From NCBI GenBank assembly GCA_020725145.1, contig DYFO01000005.1, positions 1-63,561 of the forward strand: a stretch of DNA of 63,561 nucleotides, given 5' to 3'. Each line of letters begins with the position of its first letter. Position 1 is the stretch's first letter. The DNA comes from Symbiobacterium thermophilum. Lineage in GTDB: Bacteria; Bacillota; Sulfobacillia; UBA995. Below are positions 54,410 to 63,561 of this stretch, one piece after another. Both the position numbers and the translations under genes were made by a program. Under the pieces are notes generated by a model that saw only the letters and a list, made by a program, of their open reading frames with translations, had not been told where the DNA came from and ran no database searches.

Positions 54410-56060
54410 CGCCGTCTCCGCCGTCCTGGACGGCCGCACCTTCCGGCGCATGATGCTAGCCGCCGCCGCCACGCTCGAGGCGCAGAAGTCCGCCATCGAC
54501 GCCCTCAACGTCTTCCCCGTCCCCGACGGCGACACCGGTACCAACATGTCCATGACCATGGCTTCGGCGGTGCGGGAGCTCAACAAGGTGACCGCAGACG
54601 AGGTGGGCGATCTGGCCCGGGCCGTCGCCCTGGGCTCGCTGATGGGGGCGCGCGGAAACTCGGGCGTGATCCTGTCGCAGCTCTTTCGGGGTTTCTCTCG
54701 AGAAGCAGAGCAGAAGGCCACGCTTACCCCCGGCGAGCTGGCCTGGTGCCTGCAGACCGGAGTGGAGACCGCGTACCAGGCGGTGATGAAACCGGTGGAG
54801 GGGACGATCCTCACGGTGGCCCGACAGGCAGCGCGTGCTGCGGTGCAGGCCGCCCGCCGCGTCGCCAGCCTTGACGCGGTGCTAGAAGCCGCCTATCGCG
54901 AGGCATGCCGGGTGCTGGAGCGCACGCCCGACATGCTCGCGGTGCTCAAGGAGGCCGGCGTTGTGGATGCCGGCGGACAGGGGCTGGTCGCCATCTTCCG
55001 CGGCTACCTGGACGCCGTGCGCGGGGTGGACAGGGTGGAGACGGCCCTGGAGCAGCCCCGTGAGTTCGCCATCACCGAGGAGATGGGCGAGCTCACCTAC
55101 ATCTATGACACCGAGGTGCTGCTGCAGGGGACCTCGCTTGCCCTGGACGAATTGCGGGCGGAGCTCGAGCAGTTCGGAGACTCCGTCCTGGTGGTTGGCA
55201 GCGAGAGCACGGCCAAGGTTCACATCCACACCAACAACCCGGGTTTGGTCCTGGAGCGGTGCCTGGAGCGCGGCAGCCTGCTCGAAATCGAGATAAAGAA
55301 CATGAAGGAGCAGCACGAGGCGATAAAGCGCCAGCGCCAGTCGCGTTCCGCCGAACCCGAACCAGAGGACGCTGCCTTCTTCGTTTCGCCCCCGGCCCCC
55401 CCGCGCGAGGTGGGAGTGGTGGCCGTGGCCTCGGGCGAGGGCCTGTGTGAGATAATCCGTAGCCTCGGCGCGGAGGTGGTGATCAACGGGGGACAGACCA
55501 TGAACCCCAGCACCGAGGAGATCGTCCGCGCCCTGGAAGCCACCACCGGGGCACAGGCCATCGTGCTGCCCAACAACGGCAACATCCTGCTGGCCGCCCG
55601 CCAGGCGGCGGAGCTGGTCGCCAAGCCCACGCACATCGTGCCGACCCGCAGCGTTCCCCAGGGCGTGGCGGCGCTGCTCGCCATGTCGCCGGCGGCGGAT
55701 CTCCAGACCAACCTCGAGCGCATGCACCGGGCGATCGAACGCACCGTCTCGGGTGAGATTACCTTCGCGGTGCGGCCGAGCCGTTACCGTGATCTGGTGC
55801 TCAACGAGGGAGACGTGATCGGCCTGGTGAACGAGGAGATCCTGGTCGCAGGGGAGGACTGGCGCAAGGTACTGCTGGAATTGCTGGGCCTGACGCTCAA
55901 ACCCGAACACGAGGTGCTGACCCTGTTCTACGGGCAGGACATCACCGACCGACAAGCCGCCGAGCTCAAGGAGGAATTGACGCGGACATACCCCGACCTG
56001 GAAGTGGAGATCCACTCCGGCGGCCAGCCGCTTTACTACATCCTTTTCTCGCTGGAATGA
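54399..56060 (+). CDS. fakA: DAK2-domain fatty acid kinase subunit A
   Basis: LNVFPVPDGDTGTNM, GARGNSGVILSQ, GGQTMNPST and GGQPLY motifs. Confidence 0.94.
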   Translation: MTDSAVSAVLDGRTFRRMMLAAAATLEAQKSAIDALNVFPVPDGDTGTNMSMTMASAVRELNKVTADEVGDLARAVALGSLMGARGNSGVILSQLFRGFSREAEQKATLTPGELAWCLQTGVETAYQAVMKPVEGTILTVARQAARAAVQAARRVASLDAVLEAAYREACRVLERTPDMLAVLKEAGVVDAGGQGLVAIFRGYLDAVRGVDRVETALEQPREFAITEEMGELTYIYDTEVLLQGTSLALDELRAELEQFGDSVLVVGSESTAKVHIHTNNPGLVLERCLERGSLLEIEIKNMKEQHEAIKRQRQSRSAEPEPEDAAFFVSPPAPPREVGVVAVASGEGLCEIIRSLGAEVVINGGQTMNPSTEEIVRALEATTGAQAIVLPNNGNILLAARQAAELVAKPTHIVPTRSVPQGVAALLAMSPAADLQTNLERMHRAIERTVSGEITFAVRPSRYRDLVLNEGDVIGLVNEEILVAGEDWRKVLLELLGLTLKPEHEVLTLFYGQDITDRQAAELKEELTRTYPDLEVEIHSGGQPLYYILFSLE

Positions 56061-56061
56061 G

Positions 56062-56517
56062 CTAGCGTTCGAGCCCCAGCGCCTGCAGCAGAAGGGCGGT
56101 CGCCCCGGCCGCGATCAGGGGTCCCGTCGGCACTCCCCGCAGCAACGAGGCGCCAAGGATGGAGCCTACCACCAGACCCACCGCGATCTCCGGGTGGGCA
56201 CGCATTCCCTCCACCCCCAGACGACCCAGGTAGGCCGCCACCGCACCGCTGAGGGCGGCCAGCAGTCCGGGCGGAGCGGTCAGCGTGGACCACAGTCCCT
56301 CGAAGCGTATGGTCCCGGCCACGAAGGGAACCATTATGGCCACCACCAGCAGCGTCAACCCCACGCGGACCCCGAAGCGGTCCAGTACGGGATACAGGAA
56401 GTCAAGGCCCAGAAGGCGGATGCCCAGGAGGATCAGGGCGGCCGTCCACACCAGGTGGTTTCTGCCCAGCAGGCCCAGGGCCAGTACGACCAGGAGGAAG
56501 CCGACCTCGCGGGGCAC
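56062..56517 (-). CDS. DUF441 (YtwI-like) membrane protein
   Basis: Hydrophobic; GLVVGSILG and GVPTGPLIAAG motifs. Confidence 0.8.
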   Translation of the reverse strand: MPREVGFLLVVLALGLLGRNHLVWTAALILLGIRLLGLDFLYPVLDRFGVRVGLTLLVVAIMVPFVAGTIRFEGLWSTLTAPPGLLAALSGAVAAYLGRLGVEGMRAHPEIAVGLVVGSILGASLLRGVPTGPLIAAGATALLLQALGLER

Positions 56518-56567
56518 GCTGCCACCCCCGGTGACATCTATTCGCCAGGGGGTCGCCCCGATGCCCG

Positions 56568-57131
56568 TCAGGGGAGGGTGATGAAAGACTGCAGACCGAA
56601 GGCGATGCCCAGGGCGGCTTTCTCCAGGAACCAGTCCTGGGCCAGCAGGTGCTCCTCGGCGGGGTTGGACAGGAAGGCCAGCTCCACAAGAACTGCGGGC
56701 ATGCGGGTGGCCCGCAGCACCGCGAACTCGCGCGCGGGATCGTCGGCATATTTGAGTCCTCTGTCCCGACGCCGCGTGGTCACCAGAAGCCACCGCAGCA
56801 GGCAATAGGCAAGCGCGGCCGCGGCCTGGCCGCGGGCGTCGACCGGACGGCTGTGCCAGACCTCCAGCCCCTGCGCCCGCGGGTCGGCGTGTGCGTTGGC
56901 GTGGATGGAAACGAAAAGGTCCGCCCCCGCCTGGTTGGCGGCCTCCACCCGCCGGCTCAGGCTCACTTCGCCGTCGTCGGCGCGGGTGAGCAGCGTCTCG
57001 TGCCGCATGCGGCGGAGGTACAGGTCCACACGCTGGGCTACCTTCAAGACCACCTCCTTCTCGGTGAGGCCGCCGGGGCCCCTTGCCCCGGGGTCGGGGC
57101 CGCCGTGCCCGGGATCGATCACCACCCGCAT
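56568..57131 (-). CDS. N-acetylmuramoyl-L-alanine amidase (Amidase_3, catalytic domain only)
   Basis: IDPGHGG, EK, FVSIHAN and PAVLVELAFLSN motifs. Confidence 0.92.
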   Translation of the reverse strand: MRVVIDPGHGGPDPGARGPGGLTEKEVVLKVAQRVDLYLRRMRHETLLTRADDGEVSLSRRVEAANQAGADLFVSIHANAHADPRAQGLEVWHSRPVDARGQAAAALAYCLLRWLLVTTRRRDRGLKYADDPAREFAVLRATRMPAVLVELAFLSNPAEEHLLAQDWFLEKAALGIAFGLQSFITLP

Positions 57132-57142
57132 GCTCTTTCACC

Positions 57143-57973
57143 TCACGGCTGTCGCAGGTTGGTCCTTGCCGACAGGCAGGTCTTCAGCGTGTCGGACCTC
57201 AGACCCACCCGAAGAGCCTCCACCGCCAGGCAGTCGGCCGGCTGCACGTTACCCAGATTGACGTTGGGACCCAGGCGCAGGATCAGCTCGGCCTGCTGGT
57301 TCTTAAGGGGGGCCTCCCAGATGAGGCACTCGGGCTGCGGCACTCCGGCCAGGATCTGTTCGAGTTCGAGTTCCTTGACCGTTCCGCGCTCGTCGAAGAT
57401 ACCGACGCCCTGGCCCGACTCGCGCGCCTCCACGATAACCTTCCAGGCTCCCGCCGTCAGGTCATCCGCGACCTGGCGGTGGACCTCCGACGGCGACAGC
57501 CCCTCCAGCGCGTCTTTCTTGCCCACCTCGGTCAGCACCCGGAAGCCGCGGGCCAGTGCCAGCTCAACCGCCAGCAATCGAAGGCGCGGCTCAAGCTGGA
57601 TGGTGCCGTCGGAAACCTCCAGGAAGCTGAAACCGGTCCGCCAGGCCCATTCCAGGTAGCCGGGCAGGGCGTTATGGAGTACGGCGATCTCCAGCAAGGT
57701 GCCCCCAGGGCACACGTCTACACCGTAGCTACGGATCAGGCGCACCTTCTCCCGCAGCACCGCCTGGGGGTAAAGTGCGGAGGTGCCGAAGCTCACCTTG
57801 ATCAGGTCGATGTGGTCGGCGGCCACCTCCAGGAGATCGCGTGTGGCGGCCATGCCCAGGCCTTTGTCCAGGACCATGGTGATACCGGTCACCCGTGGCT
57901 TGGGAATGCGTCCGGAGATCGGCCAACCGGCCGCCCGCTGCCAGGGCAACCCCGACCACAGCGTGCTCACCAC
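57143..57973 (-). CDS. comA: phosphosulfolactate synthase
   Basis: KPRVTGITMVLDKG, GGTLLE, EVSDGT, TEVGKK, WEAPLKNQQ and LRVGLRSDT motifs. Confidence 0.9.
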   Translation of the reverse strand: MVSTLWSGLPWQRAAGWPISGRIPKPRVTGITMVLDKGLGMAATRDLLEVAADHIDLIKVSFGTSALYPQAVLREKVRLIRSYGVDVCPGGTLLEIAVLHNALPGYLEWAWRTGFSFLEVSDGTIQLEPRLRLLAVELALARGFRVLTEVGKKDALEGLSPSEVHRQVADDLTAGAWKVIVEARESGQGVGIFDERGTVKELELEQILAGVPQPECLIWEAPLKNQQAELILRLGPNVNLGNVQPADCLAVEALRVGLRSDTLKTCLSARTNLRQP

Positions 57974-58039
57974 CGGTTCCCCCCCTTGCGATCACGCTGC
58001 CAGTGTATTCGTGCTGGCGCGCGTTGGCGACAGCACCGC

Positions 58040-58068
58040 GAATAAATGTGGTTTAGCTGCGCATTCTA
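58040..58068 (+). promoter_or_regulatory. sigma-G-type forespore promoter of the SASP gene
   Basis: GAATA, 17 nt, CATTCTA. Confidence 0.6.
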
Positions 58069-58101
58069 TGTGAACAGAAAGTCGAAGGGAGGTGACGCGC
58101 A

Positions 58102-58365
58102 GTGGCTAAGGGAAGCGACCGGACGAACCGGGCGCTGGTGCGTGAAGCGGCCCGGGCCCTGGACGCCTTCAAGTACGAGGTGGCCCGGGATCTCGGCATC
58201 GACTACCAGCGCATCCGCGACGGCTACTGGGGAGACCTCTCGTCCCGTGACTGCGGTGCCGTGGGCGGCCACATGGTGCGCCGCATGATCCAGCTGGCGG
58301 AGCAGTCCCTCGCGCAGACGGCGGGGAGGCCGGCGGGTGGCGCGCCTCCGCCCGCCCAGCTCTGA
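58102..58365 (+). CDS. alpha/beta-type small acid-soluble spore protein
   Basis: ALDAFKYEVARDLG (GPR cleavage-site region) and DLSSRDCGAVGGHMVRRMI. Confidence 0.92.
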   Translation: MAKGSDRTNRALVREAARALDAFKYEVARDLGIDYQRIRDGYWGDLSSRDCGAVGGHMVRRMIQLAEQSLAQTAGRPAGGAPPPAQL

Positions 58366-58373
58366 GACTCCCC

Positions 58374-58399
58374 GGGGGGGTCGCAAGACCCCCCCCTTT
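58374..58399. terminator. terminator between the convergent SASP and gpr genes
   Basis: GGGGGGGTC-gcaa-GACCCCCCC then CTTT. Confidence 0.75.
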
Positions 58400-58402
58400 C
58401 CA

Positions 58403-59389
58403 TCACTGCAGGTACTGGAGGATATCGTCCTCGTCGATCCCGGGGTGCAGCGCGAGGTTAAGTCCGCCCGCCAGCACTCTTGAAACCTGACGGACCATGC
58501 TGTCGATCTCCTTGGGGGTGACCACGAGGTCGCCCGAGCCGTCTCCCAGCGCCTCACGGATCAGGCGCTGGCGGTCCATCCGGTCCATCTGGGCGACGAT
58601 CTCGCAGAACCGTAACTCGCCGCGGAAGCGATCGAGCAGTTCATCCACCACGTCGCTTGCGATGGTGGAGGCGTGCACTACCGTCGGCACCCCGATCGCC
58701 AGCACCGGCACGCCCAAGGTCTCGGAGGTGATGCCCAGGCGGCGGTTGCCCACTCCCGATCCCGGGTGTATGCCGGTGTCCGAGAGCTGAATGGTGGTCA
58801 TGATGCGTTCCACGTTGCGGGCGGCCAGGGCGTCGATGGCGATGACCACTTCGGGCCGGACGCGATCCACGATCCCCTTGAGGATCTCGCCGGTCTCAAT
58901 GCCGGTGAGTCCCAGCACTCCCGGAGCCACCGCGCAGACCGGACGCAACCTGCCCCGAAGCTCCGGGGGAACGTAGTCCTGCAGGTGGCGGGTGATCAGG
59001 AGCTGGCCCACCACGCGGGGACCGAGCGAATCCGGAGTGGCGTGCCAGTTGCCAAGGCCGGTTACCAGCGTGACGGCGTTCGCCCGCGGGGGCATGAGCC
59101 CACCGAGTTCCTCGGCAAGCGTCTCGCTCACTTCCTGCTGCAGCACCCGGTCGTTGTCTACCAGACCCGGCGCGTCGATGGTGATGTAGCACCCTGGGGG
59201 TTTGCCGACCACGGCGGCGGTGGCCGGGCTGGTGACGTCCACCCGGGTTACGGTTACTGCGTTGAGCTTGCGCTCGTCCACTTCAAGGCCGGGGATGGCC
59301 CTCGCGTCACGGGCACGGAGGAACTCACTGACTTCGATCGCCAGGTCGGTTCGGGGCATGGCCTGCCCCTCGTACGGTCGGTAGGCCAT
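58403..59389 (-). CDS. gpr: germination protease (GPR endopeptidase)
   Basis: RTDLAIE, GLGNWHATPDSLGP, AIDALAAR and VTPKEID motifs. Confidence 0.95.
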   Translation of the reverse strand: MAYRPYEGQAMPRTDLAIEVSEFLRARDARAIPGLEVDERKLNAVTVTRVDVTSPATAAVVGKPPGCYITIDAPGLVDNDRVLQQEVSETLAEELGGLMPPRANAVTLVTGLGNWHATPDSLGPRVVGQLLITRHLQDYVPPELRGRLRPVCAVAPGVLGLTGIETGEILKGIVDRVRPEVVIAIDALAARNVERIMTTIQLSDTGIHPGSGVGNRRLGITSETLGVPVLAIGVPTVVHASTIASDVVDELLDRFRGELRFCEIVAQMDRMDRQRLIREALGDGSGDLVVTPKEIDSMVRQVSRVLAGGLNLALHPGIDEDDILQYLQ

Positions 59390-59531
59390 TTCAGGCTCCA
59401 TATATGCCAGACGGCGCTCGAGGCTAGGTTAACCCGCGGCACTCGAGCTATGCAGTTTGGCCCTCGGGAGGTAATCGACCCTCTCCGGGGGAAATCTTCA
59501 AGACGCCAGCAGCATGCCGGAGGTGAGCACG

Positions 59532-60098
59532 ATGCGGGTCATCGCCGGCGACGCGCGCGGACGCAGGCTTGAGGTTCCTCGCGGCAGGCAGGTGCGACCC
59601 ACTTCCGATCGGGTGCGCGAGGCCTTGTTCAACATCCTGGCCCCCCGGGTGGTAGGGGCGGCGATGCTGGACCTTTACGCCGGGTCGGGCAGCGTGGGGT
59701 TGGAGGCGCTTAGCCGGGGGGCTGCCCGGGTGGTTTTCGTCGAGGCAGATGCCCACGCGGCGGCGGTCATCCGCCGCAACCTCGACCGCATCGGCCAGGT
59801 TGCCCGGGCCGAGATCAGGGTGCAGCACGTGCTTGCCGCCGTCCGTCATCTGGGACGCCAGGGCAAACGCTTCGAGATCGTCTTCCTGGACCCGCCGTAC
59901 GGTCGGGACTTCACGTCCTCAACGCTGAAGGCCATCTCTTCGAGTGGGGTGCTTGCCCCGGGAGGGATGGTCATCGCCGAGCACGGGTACCGGGACGAGG
60001 TGCCCGCCCGCGTGGAGGATCTCCAGCTTGTCAGGCAGAACAAGTACGGGGAGGTAGCTCTCAGTTTTTACCAGCAGCTTCCCCTGGAGGGGGCGTGA
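59532..60098 (+). CDS. rsmD: 16S rRNA m2G966 methyltransferase
   Basis: [20 protein letters not shown] and FLDPPY motifs. Confidence 0.94.
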   Translation: MRVIAGDARGRRLEVPRGRQVRPTSDRVREALFNILAPRVVGAAMLDLYAGSGSVGLEALSRGAARVVFVEADAHAAAVIRRNLDRIGQVARAEIRVQHVLAAVRHLGRQGKRFEIVFLDPPYGRDFTSSTLKAISSSGVLAPGGMVIAEHGYRDEVPARVEDLQLVRQNKYGEVALSFYQQLPLEGA

Positions 60099-60099
60099 C

Positions 60100-60642
60100 A
60101 TGACCACCGCTATCTGCCCGGCCAGCTTTGATCCCGTCACCAACGGACACGTCGACATCATCGAACGCGCCGCCGCCATCTTCGACCGCGTGCTGGCCGT
60201 CGTCTTCCACAATGCCGCCAAACGACCGCTTTTCAGCGTGGAGGAGCGGCTGGAGATGTTGCGAGGCGCCGTCAGTCACCTCGGCAACGTGGAGGTCGAC
60301 CATGCCGACGGGCTCCTCGTGCATTACGCGCGCCGCCGCAATGCGCGGGTCATCGTCAAGGGGCTGCGGGCGGTGACCGACTTCGAGTACGAGTTTCAGA
60401 TGGCCCTCATGAACAAAAAGCTCGACCCCGGCATCGAGACCTTCTTCATCATGACTTCCAGCGCCCACTCCTACCTGAGTTCCAGCGTGGTCAAGGAGGT
60501 GGCACGCTGGGGAGGGTGCGTGCGCGACCTGGTTCCCCGCGGGGTCGAGGAGCGCCTGCGGGCGAAGTTCGTGGGGGCCAACGGCAAACCGCTCAAGGAA
60601 GTGCCGCCGCTTAGGGGCCCCGGCGACTGGGAGACGGGCTAG
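60100..60642 (+). CDS. coaD: phosphopantetheine adenylyltransferase
   Basis: [24 protein letters not shown] and SSSVVKEVA motifs. Confidence 0.95.
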   Translation: MTTAICPASFDPVTNGHVDIIERAAAIFDRVLAVVFHNAAKRPLFSVEERLEMLRGAVSHLGNVEVDHADGLLVHYARRRNARVIVKGLRAVTDFEYEFQMALMNKKLDPGIETFFIMTSSAHSYLSSSVVKEVARWGGCVRDLVPRGVEERLRAKFVGANGKPLKEVPPLRGPGDWETG

Positions 60643-60857
60643 CGTACGCGGAAGCCCGTCACCTTGACCCGCCGGCAAAGGTCAACGAGCAGCCAGCCCG
60701 CTGACCCGGTCCGCCAGGATACCGCCTCCCGGTCCCCGGGGCACCAGATTTTGCCGGCTGGCTACCAGGCGCTCCTCAACACGGTTTTGGTTGGCCGTGG
60801 GCTGGTCTTGAAGTCAGCAGTCCGACACGACCGGCTCTTCCTCCTGGTAGCCTATGC

Positions 60858-61266
60858 CTACTGCCTGCTCACGGTACTGGGGACTGGGCCGAGAGGCGGC
60901 ACCTGCACCGTCAAGTTATGGCTAACACCGAGAAGAAGCGAACTCCGGGCCTCTGGCGGGTCGGTTACTACATCTGAGCTGTTCGCTACTATCTCGAGTG
61001 TCTTTTCCGCCAGCCAGTGTTCTGCGGGGGTCCGCCGGGGGTTTGCCTGGGTTCTTCGCCCGAGCCCGGCAAGCTCCTCTACCGCCCTTCTCTGCTTTGA
61101 GGCAATTCGTTCCCTGGCTTGCTTGAGCTCGCCCAGGTCAATGATCCCCGCGCTGCAGGCGGCGATGAGCGTGTCGATTCTTTCGCGGCAGGTTGACACA
61201 AACGTCTCGAGCTTTGCCGCTTCGCGTTCGAGGTTGCCCGTTCGGGCGGTCCGGGGTTCTTTGTAA
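60858..61266 (-). pseudogene. probable C-terminal coiled-coil remnant of a large serine recombinase
   Basis: RERIDTLIAACSAGIIDLGELKQARERI pattern; visibly less GC-rich than its flanks. Confidence 0.4.
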
Positions 61267-61325
61267 CCACCGTGTACGCAAGCAAGCCCCGAGTTGGCCT
61301 CGTCCTGCAGGCCGTCCGGCGGTGA

Positions 61326-62021
61326 GAGGTTGCCCTGGTGCCCCGGAGCCGTTTCACCCTTCCCGGTGAGAGCGTCAAGGACTACCAGCGCCGGGCCCAG
61401 CTGATGGTGAAGGAGAGTCAAGCCGTGGCGACCGTGGCTGCGTTGACCTGATACCGGGCCGAGCTGAGCGGGGAGGGCGCCCTGGTGGCCCACGTGCTGC
61501 CGAGCGGTCCGCTGGCGCGGAAAGTGCGCGCGGGAGAGACCATTGTGGCGCTCGACGGCCGCCCGGTGCGGCTGGCGGCCGACCTGGCGGCGGGGCTGGC
61601 GGGACGTTTCCCAGGTACTCCGGTGAGCTTGCGGGTGGAGGACGTCGGCGGCGAGCCGCGCGAGGTCACCGCCGACACCGCTCCCGGCTTCGATCCTGAA
61701 GGGGCGCTGGGGGTCAGCCTGGTGACCCGCGGCCCCCGCGTGGACGGCCCCTTCGAGGTGCGGGTACAGGCGGGGGACATCGGCGGGCCGTCGGCCGGTT
61801 TGGCCATCGCCCTGGAGATCGTGGACCGCCGGGACCCTGCCGCGCTGGCCGGTGCCCGCCGCGTGGCCGCGACGGGCGCGGGCGGCCGGGTGGGACCGGT
61901 GGGGGGGATCGCTTTCAAGGTATGGGCTGCGGACCGCGAGAGCGTCGACCTCCTGCTGGTGCCTGCTGCCAACTACGAGGAGGCCGTGCGTGCGTCAGGG
62001 CGGCTGCGTGTGGCGGGGTGA
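61326..62021 (+). pseudogene. ylbL: 5'-truncated YlbL-like PDZ/Lon protease
   Basis: PGESVKDYQRRAQLMVKESQ, in-frame TGA at 61449, PDZ segment, IGGPSAGL and GPVGGIAFK. Confidence 0.75.
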
Positions 62022-62236
62022 CGACGCTGTCCGAGGCGGTGCAAATGCTCCGCTCACTGGCGCCGTAGAGAATCATCCGCTTCGGCAAGGGCGCCCCGCC
62101 GCCCGGGTCGGCAGGTTATGGACATGTTTGGCGGAATACTCTACGCAGACAGGGCCGGGTGCGAGTTCGGCCGGGGTCACTTTCAGGTTTGAATGACCAG
62201 AGGTCGCTACTGGGCGACCAATCTCAGGGAAGGTGA

Positions 62237-62614
62237 ATGCGCGTGTCTTCGAGAGAGTCGTTTCCTTCGGGGTTGCAGGAGTCGGTGTACAAGGCGGAGA
62301 TAACCATGCGGCTCTCTGAGTTTGAATTCCCTCCAATGCAGGATGTGCTGCTGGTTGGGAGGAAGGCGCCCATCGGTCCGGAGGCCGCAAAGCGTATGGT
62401 GGACGCCCTGTCCCCTGAGCAATATGAGATCGTGCGCACGGATCACCAGTTGTTTGAGGCCGTTGTAGTAAGGAGGACGCTGCTCAAGCAAATCCCTCGG
62501 GAGAAGCTCCTGTCCATCATCCTGGAGGAAGGTGGCCGTATCGCCACCGAGAACATGGTGGTGAAAGCCCAGCTAGGCATCGTTATCCAGGTGGGCCGGA
62601 CGGTGGACCTGTGA
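62237..62614 (+). CDS. hypothetical protein translationally coupled to the CBS-GGDEF gene
   Basis: Protein-like composition; GTGA overlap with the next gene; start uncertain (possibly GTG 62285). Confidence 0.65.
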   Translation: MRVSSRESFPSGLQESVYKAEITMRLSEFEFPPMQDVLLVGRKAPIGPEAAKRMVDALSPEQYEIVRTDHQLFEAVVVRRTLLKQIPREKLLSIILEEGGRIATENMVVKAQLGIVIQVGRTVDL

Positions 62615-63483
62615 TGGTCACGGTGGGCGAGATCATGACCGAACGTCTGGTGACGGCGGCCCCGGACTACTCCGTCGCGCGGGCGGCGGCGTTGATGGAG
62701 CACTTCCGAATCGGCAGTCTGCCGGTGGTGGAAGAAAGCGGTCGGTTGGTTGGCATCCTGACTTCCCGGGACGTGCGGTGTTCCCACCCTAACAGGCTGC
62801 TGGCGGATGCGATGAGTAAGGATGTGGTCACGGTCCCGCCCGACTGCTCGCTTTGGGAGGCGAAGGAGGTCCTGGAACGGCACGGGATCGAACGCGTGGT
62901 GGTGGTGGACGAAAGTGGTTGCCCCGCCGGCATACTCACTAAGACCCGGTTGTACGCCGAGCTGGGTCAGCATGTAGATGCCTTGACCGGGCTCAACCGG
63001 GCGGACTTCCTCCACCAGAAGGCTTTTGAGCTGCTACAGGAGGGCCGAGAGATCGCGTTCATCTTCCTCGATCTCGACGATTTTCGAGAAATAGACAAAC
63101 AACACGGGCATGTCTTCGGGGACAAGATCCTCAAACAGGTGGCCCAGGTCCTCAAGGGCGAGGTCGAAGAAGGAATCGACCAGCTGTGTCGCTACGCGGG
63201 GGACGAGTTCGCCATTCTAACCGGCAGGCCCATGGGGGACGCCAGGAAGCTGGCCCACCGGGTCGTCACCGCGCTGGCCAGGAATGCCTGGCCTCAGGGT
63301 GTGAGGGTGACCGGTTCCGCAGGTGTTGCCGGGGGGCGTCGGGAAGCCACTCGCCCCGAATCCGACGTCAGATCCACGATCAGTACCCTGATCAACATGG
63401 CGAGCCTTGCCTCGAGTCAGGCCAAGCGTGAGAAACGCCCTGTGGTGATGGCCGGCTGGGTTGACTTGAGGGAGGCAAGGTAG
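62611..63483 (+). CDS. CBS-pair + GGDEF (AGDEF) diguanylate cyclase-like protein
   Basis: Two CBS domains, DALTGLNR, FLDLDDFREID, GHVFGD and RYAGDEF motifs. Confidence 0.88.
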   Translation: MMVTVGEIMTERLVTAAPDYSVARAAALMEHFRIGSLPVVEESGRLVGILTSRDVRCSHPNRLLADAMSKDVVTVPPDCSLWEAKEVLERHGIERVVVVDESGCPAGILTKTRLYAELGQHVDALTGLNRADFLHQKAFELLQEGREIAFIFLDLDDFREIDKQHGHVFGDKILKQVAQVLKGEVEEGIDQLCRYAGDEFAILTGRPMGDARKLAHRVVTALARNAWPQGVRVTGSAGVAGGRREATRPESDVRSTISTLINMASLASSQAKREKRPVVMAGWVDLREAR

Positions 63484-63532
63484 ATCGCCAGGACGCGGCA
63501 TGGAAAGGGGTCGGCAACTGCTGAATGCTCAA

Positions 63533-63561
63533 TTGAAATCTGGGGGCTTCCCTGGTATATT
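63533..63561 (+). promoter_or_regulatory. sigma-A-like promoter for a gene beyond the window
   Basis: TTGAAA, 17 nt, TATATT with TG extension. Confidence 0.5.

Noticed and set aside
61449-61451. Selenocysteine recoding of the in-frame TGA in ylbL
   Set aside because: The position does not correspond to a Cys, and the gene is also truncated and carries small deletions, so this is decay

Overview
GC-rich chromosomal segment of an endospore-forming Bacillota (gpr, alpha/beta SASP, spoVM, remA, DUF1540). The backbone is core genome: cysK; the PyrR-attenuated pyrR-B-C-carA-carB-pyrK-D-F-E operon; rqcH; dapF-dapL-yicC-mIHF-remA-gmk-rpoZ-priA-def/fmt-rsmB-rlmN-prpC-prkC-rsgA-rpe-spoVM-rpmB-yloU-fakA; and gpr-rsmD-coaD. 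Accessory material: (1) an XRE / ImmA-IrrE peptidase / PIN module; (2) two decayed IS607/TnpB-type remnants; (3) an unexplained ~280-nt highly paired element upstream of pyrR; (4) a ~9.3-kb block bounded by a ~230-bp imperfect direct repeat, carrying CstA + small protein + two ArsA/GET3 ATPases (one with a catalytic D>N change) and a probable spore-surface glycosylation cluster; (5) a c-di-AMP (ydaO) riboswitch controlling an opine dehydrogenase plus a cobalamin-binding enzyme, the best candidate for an uncharacterised pathway; (6) a recombinase/ylbL scar followed by a CBS-GGDEF pair. Several core enzymes carry catalytic-residue changes (CarA C>G, PriA without Walker A, DapF C>S), and def and fmt are fused. 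No CRISPR array, rRNA or intact tRNA was seen. All family calls come from motif recognition by eye; no database search was run.
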